From Vicinamibacteria bacterium (GTDB lineage Bacteria > Acidobacteriota > Vicinamibacteria > Fen-336 > JAGNNV01), in the NCBI GenBank assembly GCA_035432945.1, contig DAORUA010000002.1:1-36151 (forward strand): 36,151 bases of DNA, written 5' to 3'. This document shows positions 14,718 through 23,522 of this stretch, one piece after another. How positions within the stretch are numbered: position 1 is the stretch's first letter; each line of letters opens with the position of its first letter. The notes beneath the pieces were generated by a model. The model had not been told where the DNA came from. It saw nothing but the letters and a program-made list of their open reading frames with translations, and made no database searches. The translations under genes and the position numbers were made by a program.

Positions 14718-17700
14718 ATGATGAAGCGAGTTCTTGTTGCGGTGATGGCGATGCTGTGCATCGTTCCCGCAGTGCAGGCCCAGGTCGACCGAGCCACCCT
14801 TTCCGGAACGGTCAAGGACACGGCGGGCGGCGTGCTCACGGGGGCCACGGTCACCGTGACCAACATCGCCACCAACGTCGTGGACAAGACCACGACCTCG
14901 AGCAGCGGCGCCTATCTCGTGGTGAACCTCCGCTCCGGCCAGTATCTCGTCGAGGCCGAGGCGCCGGGCCTGCAGAAGGCCGTGCAGTCGGTCATTCTCG
15001 AGATCGGCCAGCGCGGCCGCGTGGACATCACTCTCAATGTGGCCGGGCTGACCGAGTCGGTCACGGTCGAGGGCGCCCGGCGGTTGCTGAACACCGAGGA
15101 CGCGACCCTGGGCACGGTCATCGACAACAACTCGGTGGCGAACCTTCCCCTCGCCATCCGGAACTGGGACGACCTTCTGGCCCTGGTGCCGGGCGTTCAG
15201 GGCGACCGGTACACCGAGCAGGGCGGCGGCACCTCCTTCGGCCGCACCGGCGGCGTCAACGTCCACGGCGCCCGCTCGCTCCAGAACAACTTCCTCCTCG
15301 ACGGCGTCGACAACAACTCCATCTCCGAGAACGTCCAGGAACTGACCTCGCAGGTGTCCCGCCCCTCGGTCGACGCGATCCAGGAGTTCAAGATCGTCAC
15401 CAGCCCCTACTCGGCCGAGTACGGCCGGTCTCCGGGCGCGGCGATCAGCGTGTCGACGAAGTCGGGCACCAACCAGCTCCATGGCACCCTCTACGACTTC
15501 TACCGCAACGAGTCGATGGACACCGTGGACTTCTTCTCGAAGCGGGCGGGCCAGAAGGTTCCCACCAACGACCAGAACCAGTTCGGCGGCAACCTCGGCG
15601 GTCCCCTGATCAAGGACAAGGCGTTCTTCTTCGTCGACTACGAGGGCACTCGCATCACCCGCGGCGTCACCCGGCTCACCGTGGTCCCCACCGCCGACCA
15701 GCGCGCCGGGATCATCCCCGGCGTGCGCGACCCCCTGACCGGTCAGCCCTTTCCTGGCGGCGTCATTCCCGCGAGCCGCATGGATCCCTATGCGGTCAAC
15801 ATCATGGCTCTGGTTCCCCTTCCAAACCAGCCCGGGGCCAACAACTTCTTCCGCCAGGCCGACCTGATCGACAACTCCGACCGGATCCTGGGCCGTATCG
15901 ACTACAAGATGTCCTCGAAAGACAGCGTCTTCGCCCGTTACATCTACTCCAATCGCGACCGCCAGATCCCCGGCGCCTTCGGCGGCGTCATCGACGGAAC
16001 CGGAACCTCCGGCTTCGGCGACCAGAAGATCAAGACCAACGCGATGGTCCTCGGGTGGACCCACATCCTCTCCCCGAGCATGGTGAACGAGTTCCGCTTC
16101 TCCTGGTCGAAGGCCGACTCCGACGCGGTGCACCAGGCCTACGGAATCGCGCCCCCCGCGAACGCGACCATCCCCGGCTCCATCACCGACCCGGTCGTGG
16201 CCGGCGGTTTCCCCGGCATCAGCATCGACGGCTATTTCGGCGGCCCCGGCCTTGGCCGCCTCGGTTCGCCGGACTTCCTGCCGAAGTTCCAGCACACCAA
16301 CCAGATGGAGTTCGTGGAAAGCCTGTCCTGGCTGAAGGGTAACCACGCGTTCAAGATCGGCGCGGACATCATCACGCCCATGAAGAACGAGTACTACGAC
16401 GTCCCCGCCGGCCGCGGCGCCATGCGGTTCCGCAACAGTTTCACCGGCAACTCCATGGGCGATTACCTCCTCGGCTACGTTTCGGACTTCCAGCTCTCGA
16501 ACGTCTGGGTGGTGAACCAGGAGCATTGGGCGTCCATGTTCTACCTGCAGGACGACTGGAAGGTGAACTCGAAACTCACCCTGAACCTCGGGCTCCGCTA
16601 CGACTTCATCACTCCCGCCCTGGAGGCAAGCAACGCCCAGACCAACTTCAATCCCGCGGGTGGCGGCAGCCTCGTGTTCGCGAAGGACGGCTCGCTCGAA
16701 GAACGCGGCCTGGTCAAGGCGGACAAGAACAACTTCGCGCCCCGGGTCGGCGTGGTCTACACCCTCAACGAAAAGACGGTCCTGCGCGGCGGGTTCGGCA
16801 TCTTCTACAACCTCTTCGACCGGGTGGGCAGCGAGGACCAGCTGGCCTTGAACCTGCCTGGCCTCAACAACTCGTCGGTGACCCAGACCTCGGGATCGCC
16901 CGTGTTCTTCCTCAAGAACGGCATCCCCGCGAGCTTCCTCACCGCGCCCAATCTCGATCCCGCGGCGGGTCAGCTCAAGACCAAGCGCCTTCGCGCCGTG
17001 TCGGAGGACGCCCCCAAGACCACGATGACCCAGGCGAGCTTCGGCTTCCAGCGTGAGCTGATGAAGGGCATCGTCCTCAACGCCGACTTCGTCTACAGCA
17101 AGGGCACGAACCTCGCGTCCCTCATCAACCTCAACCAGCCTCTGCCCAGGGACGGCGGCAACAACGCCCTCGGCCCCCTGCCCTATCCCAACTTCGGCTT
17201 CATCGAGTGGCGGGCCCAGGACGCGGAGTCGGAGTACAAGGGCGTCGATGTCGGTCTGGAGCGCCGGTTCGCGAACGGGTACAGCTTCGGGATCGCGTAC
17301 ACCCTGGGCGACTCCAAGGACAGCGCCTCCGAACAGCTCTCCACCCAGGGTTCGAACGCCTTCCCCCAGAACTCGCGCGACACCAGCGCCTGGTATGGCC
17401 CCAGCGACTACGACGTCCGCCATCGCCTGGCCATCAACTATGTGATCGAGCTGCCGTTCGGCAAGGGCAAGAAGTGGGCCACCGAAGGGTTCGGGGCCGC
17501 CCTCCTCGGCGACTGGACGCTCTCCGGCATCTACACGTACCGCAGCGGCCGGCCTTTCACCGTGAACCAGTCCGGCAACAACGTCGGCCAGAACATGACC
17601 GGCCTGCCGAACCAGATCGGCGACCCCGAGACCGGCGTCGATCGCAGCTGTTCCTCCACCACCGACTGTCCGGCGGCGGTGCGCTGGTTCAACCCTGCCG

Positions 17701-17975
17701 CGTTCCAGGCCGTGGTCTCCGGCAATTTCGGCAACGAGAAGCGGAACCAGCTGCGCGGGCCCGATTACAAGAGCCTCGACTTCACCCTGCAGCGTCGGAT
17801 CAACTTCTCGAAGCGCGTGGCCACGGTCCTGCGCTGGGACGTGTTCAACGCCCTCAACACGGTGAACTTCGGCCTGCCCAATCGCAATCTCACCGACGCC
17901 GCGAACGTGGGCACGATCTCCAGCCTCGGCGGCGATCCCAGGCTGATGCAGTTGTCCATCCGCCTGACCTTCTAG
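14718..17975 (+). CDS. TonB-dependent receptor with N-terminal carboxypeptidase-regulatory-like domain (Acidobacteria-type outer membrane transporter)
   Basis: Signal peptide MMKRVLVAVMAMLCIVPAVQAQ. CarboxypepD_reg-like segment LSGTVKDTAGGVLTGATVTVTN. Plug-like region ends in DGVDNN. Long beta-rich body ending in a terminal Phe (SIRLTF). GAGGAG Shine-Dalgarno upstream. Confidence 0.85.
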   Translation: MMKRVLVAVMAMLCIVPAVQAQVDRATLSGTVKDTAGGVLTGATVTVTNIATNVVDKTTTSSSGAYLVVNLRSGQYLVEAEAPGLQKAVQSVILEIGQRGRVDITLNVAGLTESVTVEGARRLLNTEDATLGTVIDNNSVANLPLAIRNWDDLLALVPGVQGDRYTEQGGGTSFGRTGGVNVHGARSLQNNFLLDGVDNNSISENVQELTSQVSRPSVDAIQEFKIVTSPYSAEYGRSPGAAISVSTKSGTNQLHGTLYDFYRNESMDTVDFFSKRAGQKVPTNDQNQFGGNLGGPLIKDKAFFFVDYEGTRITRGVTRLTVVPTADQRAGIIPGVRDPLTGQPFPGGVIPASRMDPYAVNIMALVPLPNQPGANNFFRQADLIDNSDRILGRIDYKMSSKDSVFARYIYSNRDRQIPGAFGGVIDGTGTSGFGDQKIKTNAMVLGWTHILSPSMVNEFRFSWSKADSDAVHQAYGIAPPANATIPGSITDPVVAGGFPGISIDGYFGGPGLGRLGSPDFLPKFQHTNQMEFVESLSWLKGNHAFKIGADIITPMKNEYYDVPAGRGAMRFRNSFTGNSMGDYLLGYVSDFQLSNVWVVNQEHWASMFYLQDDWKVNSKLTLNLGLRYDFITPALEASNAQTNFNPAGGGSLVFAKDGSLEERGLVKADKNNFAPRVGVVYTLNEKTVLRGGFGIFYNLFDRVGSEDQLALNLPGLNNSSVTQTSGSPVFFLKNGIPASFLTAPNLDPAAGQLKTKRLRAVSEDAPKTTMTQASFGFQRELMKGIVLNADFVYSKGTNLASLINLNQPLPRDGGNNALGPLPYPNFGFIEWRAQDAESEYKGVDVGLERRFANGYSFGIAYTLGDSKDSASEQLSTQGSNAFPQNSRDTSAWYGPSDYDVRHRLAINYVIELPFGKGKKWATEGFGAALLGDWTLSGIYTYRSGRPFTVNQSGNNVGQNMTGLPNQIGDPETGVDRSCSSTTDCPAAVRWFNPAAFQAVVSGNFGNEKRNQLRGPDYKSLDFTLQRRINFSKRVATVLRWDVFNALNTVNFGLPNRNLTDAANVGTISSLGGDPRLMQLSIRLTF

Positions 17976-17992
17976 AGGGCGGTCCGGACCGG

Positions 17993-18032
17993 CGCGCCGT
18001 CTCACGCGAGAGACGGCGCGTCGTTTCTATTC
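17993..18032 (+). terminator. Rho-independent terminator after receptor 1
   Basis: 11-bp perfect stem CGCGCCGTCTC / GAGACGGCGCG with loop ACGCGA, followed by TCGTTTCTATTC. It starts 18 nt after the stop codon. Confidence 0.7.
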
Positions 18033-18075
18033 GGGGCGGTCGTCTTGGACGTCAAGGAAGGATTAGCCTCGCCTC

Positions 18076-19722
18076 ATGAAGAACGCGCTCCTCGTTCCGG
18101 TCCTGGTCCTGGCGCTGGCCCGCGCGGGAAGCGGGCAGGCAGAACGCCCGGGTGCGCCGCCCGTGTCCGGTTCAAGGCTCGTGGTCGTGGTGTCGGTCGA
18201 TCAGATGCGCTACGACTACCTTGTCCGCTTCAAATCGCTCTTCCAGGGCGGGCTCAAGACCTTGATTGACCGGGGCGCGGTGTTTTCGAACGCCCGCTAC
18301 CGGCACGCCAATTGCGAGACCGGCCCCGGCCACTCCGTGATCCTCTCGGGCCGCAACGCCTGGCAGTCGGGCATCGTCGCCAACTCGTGGTTCGATCTCT
18401 CCCTGGGCCGGACGGTGAACGTGGTGGACGATCCCACCGTTCGTCCGGTGGGCGGTGAAGGGCGAGGCGCGTCGCCCGCCAACTTCATCGGCTTCACCCT
18501 TGGCGACATGCTCAAGAAGGCGTCGCCGGACGCGAAGGTGGTGGGGGTCGCCATGAAAGACCGGGCGGCCATCCTCATGGCCGGGCCGCGCGGCGATGCC
18601 GCCTACTGGTACGAGCAAGCGACGGGCCGGTTCATCACCAGCACGTACTACACGAAGACGGCGCCCCCCTGGCTCGACGCCATCAACACCCGCCGCGTCC
18701 CCGATTCCTGGGCGGGCAAGGCCTGGACCCGGTTGCTGGACGACGCGAGTCTCTATCTCAAGTATGCAGGCGAGGACAACGTCCCCAACGAGGCGGATAC
18801 GAAGAACACCACGTTTCCCCACGCGCTTCCCGCCGGCCCGCCGGCGCTCTACGACAGCTTCCGACGCACGCCCTTCATGGACGAGTTGACCCTGGAGGTG
18901 GCGCTCGGCGCCATGAACGCGCACGCCCTCGGCGAGGACGCGGTCCCGGACGTGCTCGCGGTGGGCTTCTCCGCGACCGACGTGATCGGCCACGCCTTCG
19001 GTCCCGATTCGCACGAGATCATGGATCAGATGCTGCGCCTCGACCTGATGCTGAAGCGCCTCCTGGATGCGGCGGAAGCGAAGGCCGGCGCAGGCCGCGT
19101 CCTCGTGGTCCTCGCGTCCGACCATTCGGTCATGCCCCTGGTCGAGTCGCTTCAGAAGCAGGGCCTGCCGGCCCGGCGCGTGTCCCCCTCGGCCCTTCAG
19201 GCGGCGGGGATGACCGCGATCGAGAAGCGTTTCCCCCGGGCGAAGGACCTCATCGCTTCCTATCTCGCACCCGACTTCTACCTGAACCTCGATTCGATCG
19301 CGCGTCAGGGACTGCGGCGGATGGACGTCGAACAGACGCTCGCGGACGCCCTCCTCGCCACGGGCGACGTGGCGAAGGTCTACACGGCCTCGTCGTTCGC
19401 GGGCGACATTCCCGCTCTCTCCGAGGATCCCTACTTCGACACCATCCGGCGTTCGTACTTCGCGCCCCGCAGCCCGCATGTCATCGCGCGCCTGAAGGAG
19501 TACACGTATCTCACCGCCTACCCGGGAGGCACCGGTCACGGCTCGTCCTATGAATACGACCGCCACGTGCCCGTGGTCTTCATGGGCTCCCAGGTCAGGG
19601 CCGGGACGTACGAGGGAGAGGCCGCGCCGGAAGACATCGCACCCACGCTCGGGCTCCTGCTCGGGATCGACTATCCCCTGCAGGATGCCCGCCGCCGCCT
19701 GACCGAGATGATCCAGCACTGA
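18076..19722 (+). CDS. Secreted alkaline phosphatase-family protein (PafA / nucleotide pyrophosphatase-phosphodiesterase-like)
   Basis: Signal peptide MKNALLVPVLVLALARAGSGQA. Metal-site-like VVVSVDQMRYDYL, nucleophile region CETGPGHSVILSG, and LASDHSVMP (SDHG-type motif). Confidence 0.75.
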   Translation: MKNALLVPVLVLALARAGSGQAERPGAPPVSGSRLVVVVSVDQMRYDYLVRFKSLFQGGLKTLIDRGAVFSNARYRHANCETGPGHSVILSGRNAWQSGIVANSWFDLSLGRTVNVVDDPTVRPVGGEGRGASPANFIGFTLGDMLKKASPDAKVVGVAMKDRAAILMAGPRGDAAYWYEQATGRFITSTYYTKTAPPWLDAINTRRVPDSWAGKAWTRLLDDASLYLKYAGEDNVPNEADTKNTTFPHALPAGPPALYDSFRRTPFMDELTLEVALGAMNAHALGEDAVPDVLAVGFSATDVIGHAFGPDSHEIMDQMLRLDLMLKRLLDAAEAKAGAGRVLVVLASDHSVMPLVESLQKQGLPARRVSPSALQAAGMTAIEKRFPRAKDLIASYLAPDFYLNLDSIARQGLRRMDVEQTLADALLATGDVAKVYTASSFAGDIPALSEDPYFDTIRRSYFAPRSPHVIARLKEYTYLTAYPGGTGHGSSYEYDRHVPVVFMGSQVRAGTYEGEAAPEDIAPTLGLLLGIDYPLQDARRRLTEMIQH

Positions 19723-19760
19723 GCGCGGCCCCCGGGGACCGCGAGATTGAGGTCGACCTC

Positions 19761-20828
19761 ATGACACAACCAAGCCGCATGCGCCTCACCATCCTTCGCG
19801 GGGCGGAGTTCTGGAACGATTCGTGTTCGCTCTCCGAACTGAAGGATGCCGTCGATCACGGCGCCACCGGCGCCACCTCTAACCCCGTCATCGTCTCCGC
19901 GGTGGTGAAGGCCGATCCGAAGACCTGGAATCCGGTGCTCGACGCGATCATCCGCGCGCACGAGACCGCCACCGAGGACGAGATCGCCTGGCTCCTGATC
20001 GAGGAGATCGGCCGGCAGGCCGCGGCCATCCTCGCCCCCGTCCACGCCCAGACCCACGGCCGCCAGGGCTTCCTGTCCATGCAGGTGAGCCCGAAGTTCC
20101 ACGCGAACGCCGATCGCATGATCGAGCACGGGCGCGCGCTGGCCGCGCTGGCGCCCAACATCGCGATCAAGATCCCCTGCACCGCGGCCGGGGTGAAGGC
20201 GGCGGAGGAGTTGGTGGCCGGCGGCATCAACGTGAACGCCACCGTGAGCTTCACCGTCTCGCAGGCGGTGGCCCTGGGCGAGGCCTTCGAGCGCGGCCTC
20301 GACCGGGCGAAGAAGAGCGGCGCCGATATGACCCGCCTCCACCCCTACATGACCCTGATGGTGGGCCGCCTCGACGACCTCCTGCAGCGGGTGATGGTGA
20401 AGGAGCAGATCGCGATCGATCCCGGGTACATCGCCTGGGCGGGGATCGCAGTGTTCAAGCGCGCGCACGAGATCTTCAGGAAGCGCGGATTCCGGGCTTC
20501 GCTGCTCGCCGCCGCCTATCGCCACCACCTTCACTGGTCTCAGCTCATCGGCCCGGGCGTGATCCTCACCATGCCCTACCCGTGGTGGAAGCAGTTCGAA
20601 GCCTCGGACATCGAGGTCGAGGAGACCCTCGATCGGCCCGTGCGGCCCGAGATGGTGGAGGCGCTTCAGCGCAAGTTCAAGGACTTCAATCTGGCCTACG
20701 ACGAGGGCGCCATCGCCCCCGAGGTCTTCGCGTCGTTTGGTGCGAGCGTCCACACCCTCAACCAGTTCCTCGGAGGGTTTCAGGACCTCCTCGGACTGGT
20801 GAGGGAGCGGATGCTCCTGCCCCGGTAG
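19761..20828 (+). CDS. tal: Transaldolase family protein
   Basis: GATGATSNPVI motif, Schiff-base lysine context NIAIKIPCT, and INVNATVSF. 355 aa. Confidence 0.85.
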   Translation: MTQPSRMRLTILRGAEFWNDSCSLSELKDAVDHGATGATSNPVIVSAVVKADPKTWNPVLDAIIRAHETATEDEIAWLLIEEIGRQAAAILAPVHAQTHGRQGFLSMQVSPKFHANADRMIEHGRALAALAPNIAIKIPCTAAGVKAAEELVAGGINVNATVSFTVSQAVALGEAFERGLDRAKKSGADMTRLHPYMTLMVGRLDDLLQRVMVKEQIAIDPGYIAWAGIAVFKRAHEIFRKRGFRASLLAAAYRHHLHWSQLIGPGVILTMPYPWWKQFEASDIEVEETLDRPVRPEMVEALQRKFKDFNLAYDEGAIAPEVFASFGASVHTLNQFLGGFQDLLGLVRERMLLPR

Positions 20829-20838
20829 GCCGCAGCGC

Positions 20839-23520
20839 CTACGACTTCGGCTTCGCCGCCGGAGCCTTGTTCAGGGAGAGAACGTTCGCGAGGAGGCGAT
20901 ACGCGCCCGGCACCCCGTAGGGAAGCTGGCGGTGGAAGGCGTAGGCGAAGTAGGTGTAGTGGCCCTTGCCGTGCCTGGCGTGGACCCACCCCCCGCGCTG
21001 CTTTTCCTGGCCCTTGTCCCAGGTGGCGATCATCGGGGTGTAGGCCTTGTCCCACTCGGTGAAGAACTTCGACCCGCGCTGCTCGACCCAGTTCTCGAAG
21101 TCCGCGGCGGTGATCCGGTTGGGATAATTGAAGACCGGCTCCCGGGGAGCCAGGATCTCGACCGGAGAGTCCTCCTCGGAGACTTCTTCGGCCCGGGCAG
21201 GCAGCAGCGCCGGATACGGAGCCCACTTGTTCGGGATGAACTCCTGGGTGTTGTAGAGGACGACCATGTTGCCGCCGGCCTTCACGTAGTCGAGGAGGCG
21301 CTGGTTGTAGGTCCTGAGATCCTCCCGGACCGCGTACGCGCGCGTGCCGGTCATGATGGTGTCGAACTGCGCCAGGTTGGAGCTCGCGAGCTCCTTCTCG
21401 CCGAGGAGGGTGACGGCGGCTCCGAGCTGGGCGAGTCCGGCCGGGACCTGGTCCCCGACCCCCATGACATATCCGACCTTGAGGCCCGCGGGCACGGCCA
21501 CGTCGATGCCGCGCACCCCGATGGTGGACGGACGGTAGAGCAGCCGGGTCTCGAGGTCGCGCTTCGCGATGACCGAATACCCTTCCGTGTATTCGCGGCC
21601 GCTTGCCTGGGCCACCGCCTGGATCTCGTAGCCCTTGTTCTCGAGGGAGGGAATCGAGACCGTGAACTTGAAGACACCGCGCTCGCCGGCCCGGGCGTAC
21701 TTGAAGGGCTGGCTCGCGGGAGAGGCGGTCCAACCCTTGGGCAGCTTGAGGGAAAGATCTCCCGCGATGTCGCCCTCGACGTTGTTGAGCAGGTCGACCT
21801 CGACCGATACCCGCTTCCGGAGCGCTTGGAGCGGCACCACCGCCGAGCCCGGGGTCGCGGTGAGCGCGAGGGCCGGAACCACGCGGAGTTCGCGCATCTC
21901 GTAACCGTAGGGCAGGTTGCCCTCGCGGCGCGTGACCACCTCCCGCGTCTCCACGTCGATGCCCTCGACGGTGTAGCGGGCTACCGCTACCGCGGGCGCC
22001 TCGGAGGCCGGCCGGTGGAGCTGCGACGAGTCCGCGACGTCATAGCGCGATTGCTGGATGCCGGGCCGGTTGAAGTACGGCTTAGACGAAAGAGGCGTGT
22101 CGCTGGCGAGAGAGACGGAGAAGCGCTGGGACGAGGTGTTGTTGTACTTGAGCGATGTCGCCGGCGCGGCCCCGGTGGGGCTCGACTGCCAGCCCGGACC
22201 CGTGGCGAGGGCGATTCCGCGCACCGTGACTTCCAGCGGGCTGCGGTTGGTGAAGAAGGCGCGCACCTCGAAGGTCTGGCCGGGGACGGGTGCCCCCATG
22301 ACCGGCGGGGGAGCGAACTCGGCGAAGGGACCGGTGGCTTCGGGCAGGCCCGCGGCCTGCGCCATGGCCTTGAAATCCACGCCCAGAGCCGCGGTGATGG
22401 CGGCTTCGAACTGCCGTTCCTTGATTTTCAGGATGAAGGTCGCGTCGGGCTCGCCCGACCCGATGGCGACCAGCGCGTCGCGCGTGGCCTTGAGGCCGCG
22501 CGCGAGCGACGGCACCGTGGCCGACGGGTTCGTGAGGGAGAAGGCCGCCACCGCGTTCGTGACCTCCCGGTCGATGGCCTGCAGGGCAGCCTCGGCGCCC
22601 GCGGGCGCGGTCCGCCCCAGCGCCTTGAAGAGGCCGGGGAGGGTGGTGTCGATCCCCTCGAAGAAGCTCTCCTCCTTCGCGGCCGAGGTCACGGTCGAAC
22701 CGGAGCGCTTGTAGTAGCCGTATTGCGGCCCGCGGGAAAGCTGGAGCCTTCCGCTGGTCTGGGAACGCTGGAACGAGAGACCGATGCGCGCGAAGTTCGA
22801 GTAGGTCTCGCCGAGCCAGGGGCTGTAGGCGCCCGGGTCCACGCGGATAGCCCACTCCTCGTTCTCACGCTGTCCGCCGAGGTAGACCTTCATCGGCTGC
22901 CATGGTCGCAGGCCAAGGGCGATCTGCTCGGGGAACATCTTCGGGTCGCCTGCCGCCTTGAAGGCCTCGTCGGTGAGCAGGCCGGCGGTCTGGTGATTGC
23001 CGTGGCCGTCCCGCTGGGTTCCCTGGAACCGCGAGATCAGGACGAAGGGCCGGTTCATGCGGATCACGCGCACCAGGTCCCGAAGCACGTTGTCCCGGCC
23101 CCATTTCTCGAAGGCTTCGTCGATTCGCTTGGAGAAGCCGTAGTCGGTGACGGTGGTGAAGTACTGGTCGTCGACGCCGTAGTAGCGGTTGGAGTCGATC
23201 AGCTCCTCGGTGCGGATGAGGCCGAGGCCGTCGAAGAGCTCGGACCCGATCGCATTGTCGCCGGATTCGCCCCGGTTCAGGGTGAGGAGGGAAACGCGCG
23301 CGCCCTGCCCCCGCGACAACTGCGAGAGGACGCCGCCGTGCTCATCGTCGGGATGCGCGGTGGTGTGCATGGCGCTGGCCGTGGTCTTGAGCTTGAGGAT
23401 TTTCTGGAAGACGCCGGCCGCGCCTTGATCCTGGGGGATTTCGGCGCCGGCGAGAACGGGCTGCCGGCTGGTGACGAGGAGCGCGAGGAGAACGGCTAGG
23501 GACAGCTTCAGTGATTTCAT
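20839..23520 (-). CDS. Secreted multidomain PIG-L/LmbE-family deacetylase with a large unassigned central region and a ThuA/GATase1-like C-terminal domain (the latter inferred)
   Basis: Start MKSLKLSLAVLLALLVTS (signal peptide) lies 2 nt after the upstream receptor stop. The AHPDDEHGG zinc-deacetylase motif sits near the N-terminus. 893 aa. The ORF-track extension to 24498 is an alternative frame of the receptor gene. Confidence 0.75.
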   Translation of the reverse strand: MKSLKLSLAVLLALLVTSRQPVLAGAEIPQDQGAAGVFQKILKLKTTASAMHTTAHPDDEHGGVLSQLSRGQGARVSLLTLNRGESGDNAIGSELFDGLGLIRTEELIDSNRYYGVDDQYFTTVTDYGFSKRIDEAFEKWGRDNVLRDLVRVIRMNRPFVLISRFQGTQRDGHGNHQTAGLLTDEAFKAAGDPKMFPEQIALGLRPWQPMKVYLGGQRENEEWAIRVDPGAYSPWLGETYSNFARIGLSFQRSQTSGRLQLSRGPQYGYYKRSGSTVTSAAKEESFFEGIDTTLPGLFKALGRTAPAGAEAALQAIDREVTNAVAAFSLTNPSATVPSLARGLKATRDALVAIGSGEPDATFILKIKERQFEAAITAALGVDFKAMAQAAGLPEATGPFAEFAPPPVMGAPVPGQTFEVRAFFTNRSPLEVTVRGIALATGPGWQSSPTGAAPATSLKYNNTSSQRFSVSLASDTPLSSKPYFNRPGIQQSRYDVADSSQLHRPASEAPAVAVARYTVEGIDVETREVVTRREGNLPYGYEMRELRVVPALALTATPGSAVVPLQALRKRVSVEVDLLNNVEGDIAGDLSLKLPKGWTASPASQPFKYARAGERGVFKFTVSIPSLENKGYEIQAVAQASGREYTEGYSVIAKRDLETRLLYRPSTIGVRGIDVAVPAGLKVGYVMGVGDQVPAGLAQLGAAVTLLGEKELASSNLAQFDTIMTGTRAYAVREDLRTYNQRLLDYVKAGGNMVVLYNTQEFIPNKWAPYPALLPARAEEVSEEDSPVEILAPREPVFNYPNRITAADFENWVEQRGSKFFTEWDKAYTPMIATWDKGQEKQRGGWVHARHGKGHYTYFAYAFHRQLPYGVPGAYRLLANVLSLNKAPAAKPKS

Positions 23521-23522
23521 GT

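Noticed and set aside
14646-18005. Very long antisense or alternative-frame ORFs. Examples: 14646-18005 (-), 24753-26846 (+), 20932-23499 (+), 4146-6212 (-), 7222-9300 (-), 1526-2851 (-), 29656-31737 (+), 32759-34834 (-).
   Set aside because: Their translations are Arg/Gly/Pro/Asp/His-rich with no recognisable motifs. Each lies fully opposite, or out of frame with, a gene that has strong family motifs. Stop-codon depletion on non-coding frames is expected at this GC content.
19749-19760. Perfect 12-bp palindrome GAGGTCGACCTC abutting the transaldolase start codon.
   Set aside because: It is a single copy with no spacer, so any hairpin would have only a 4-bp stem. It contains the likely GAGG ribosome-binding site. 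That is too little to call a regulatory site.
20825-20842. 6-bp stem GTAGGC/GCCTAC spanning the two convergent stop codons of tal and the PIG-L gene, considered as a possible bidirectional terminator.
   Set aside because: The stem is short and no U-tract follows on either strand. It is mentioned under the receptor/PIG-L finding but not called as a terminator.
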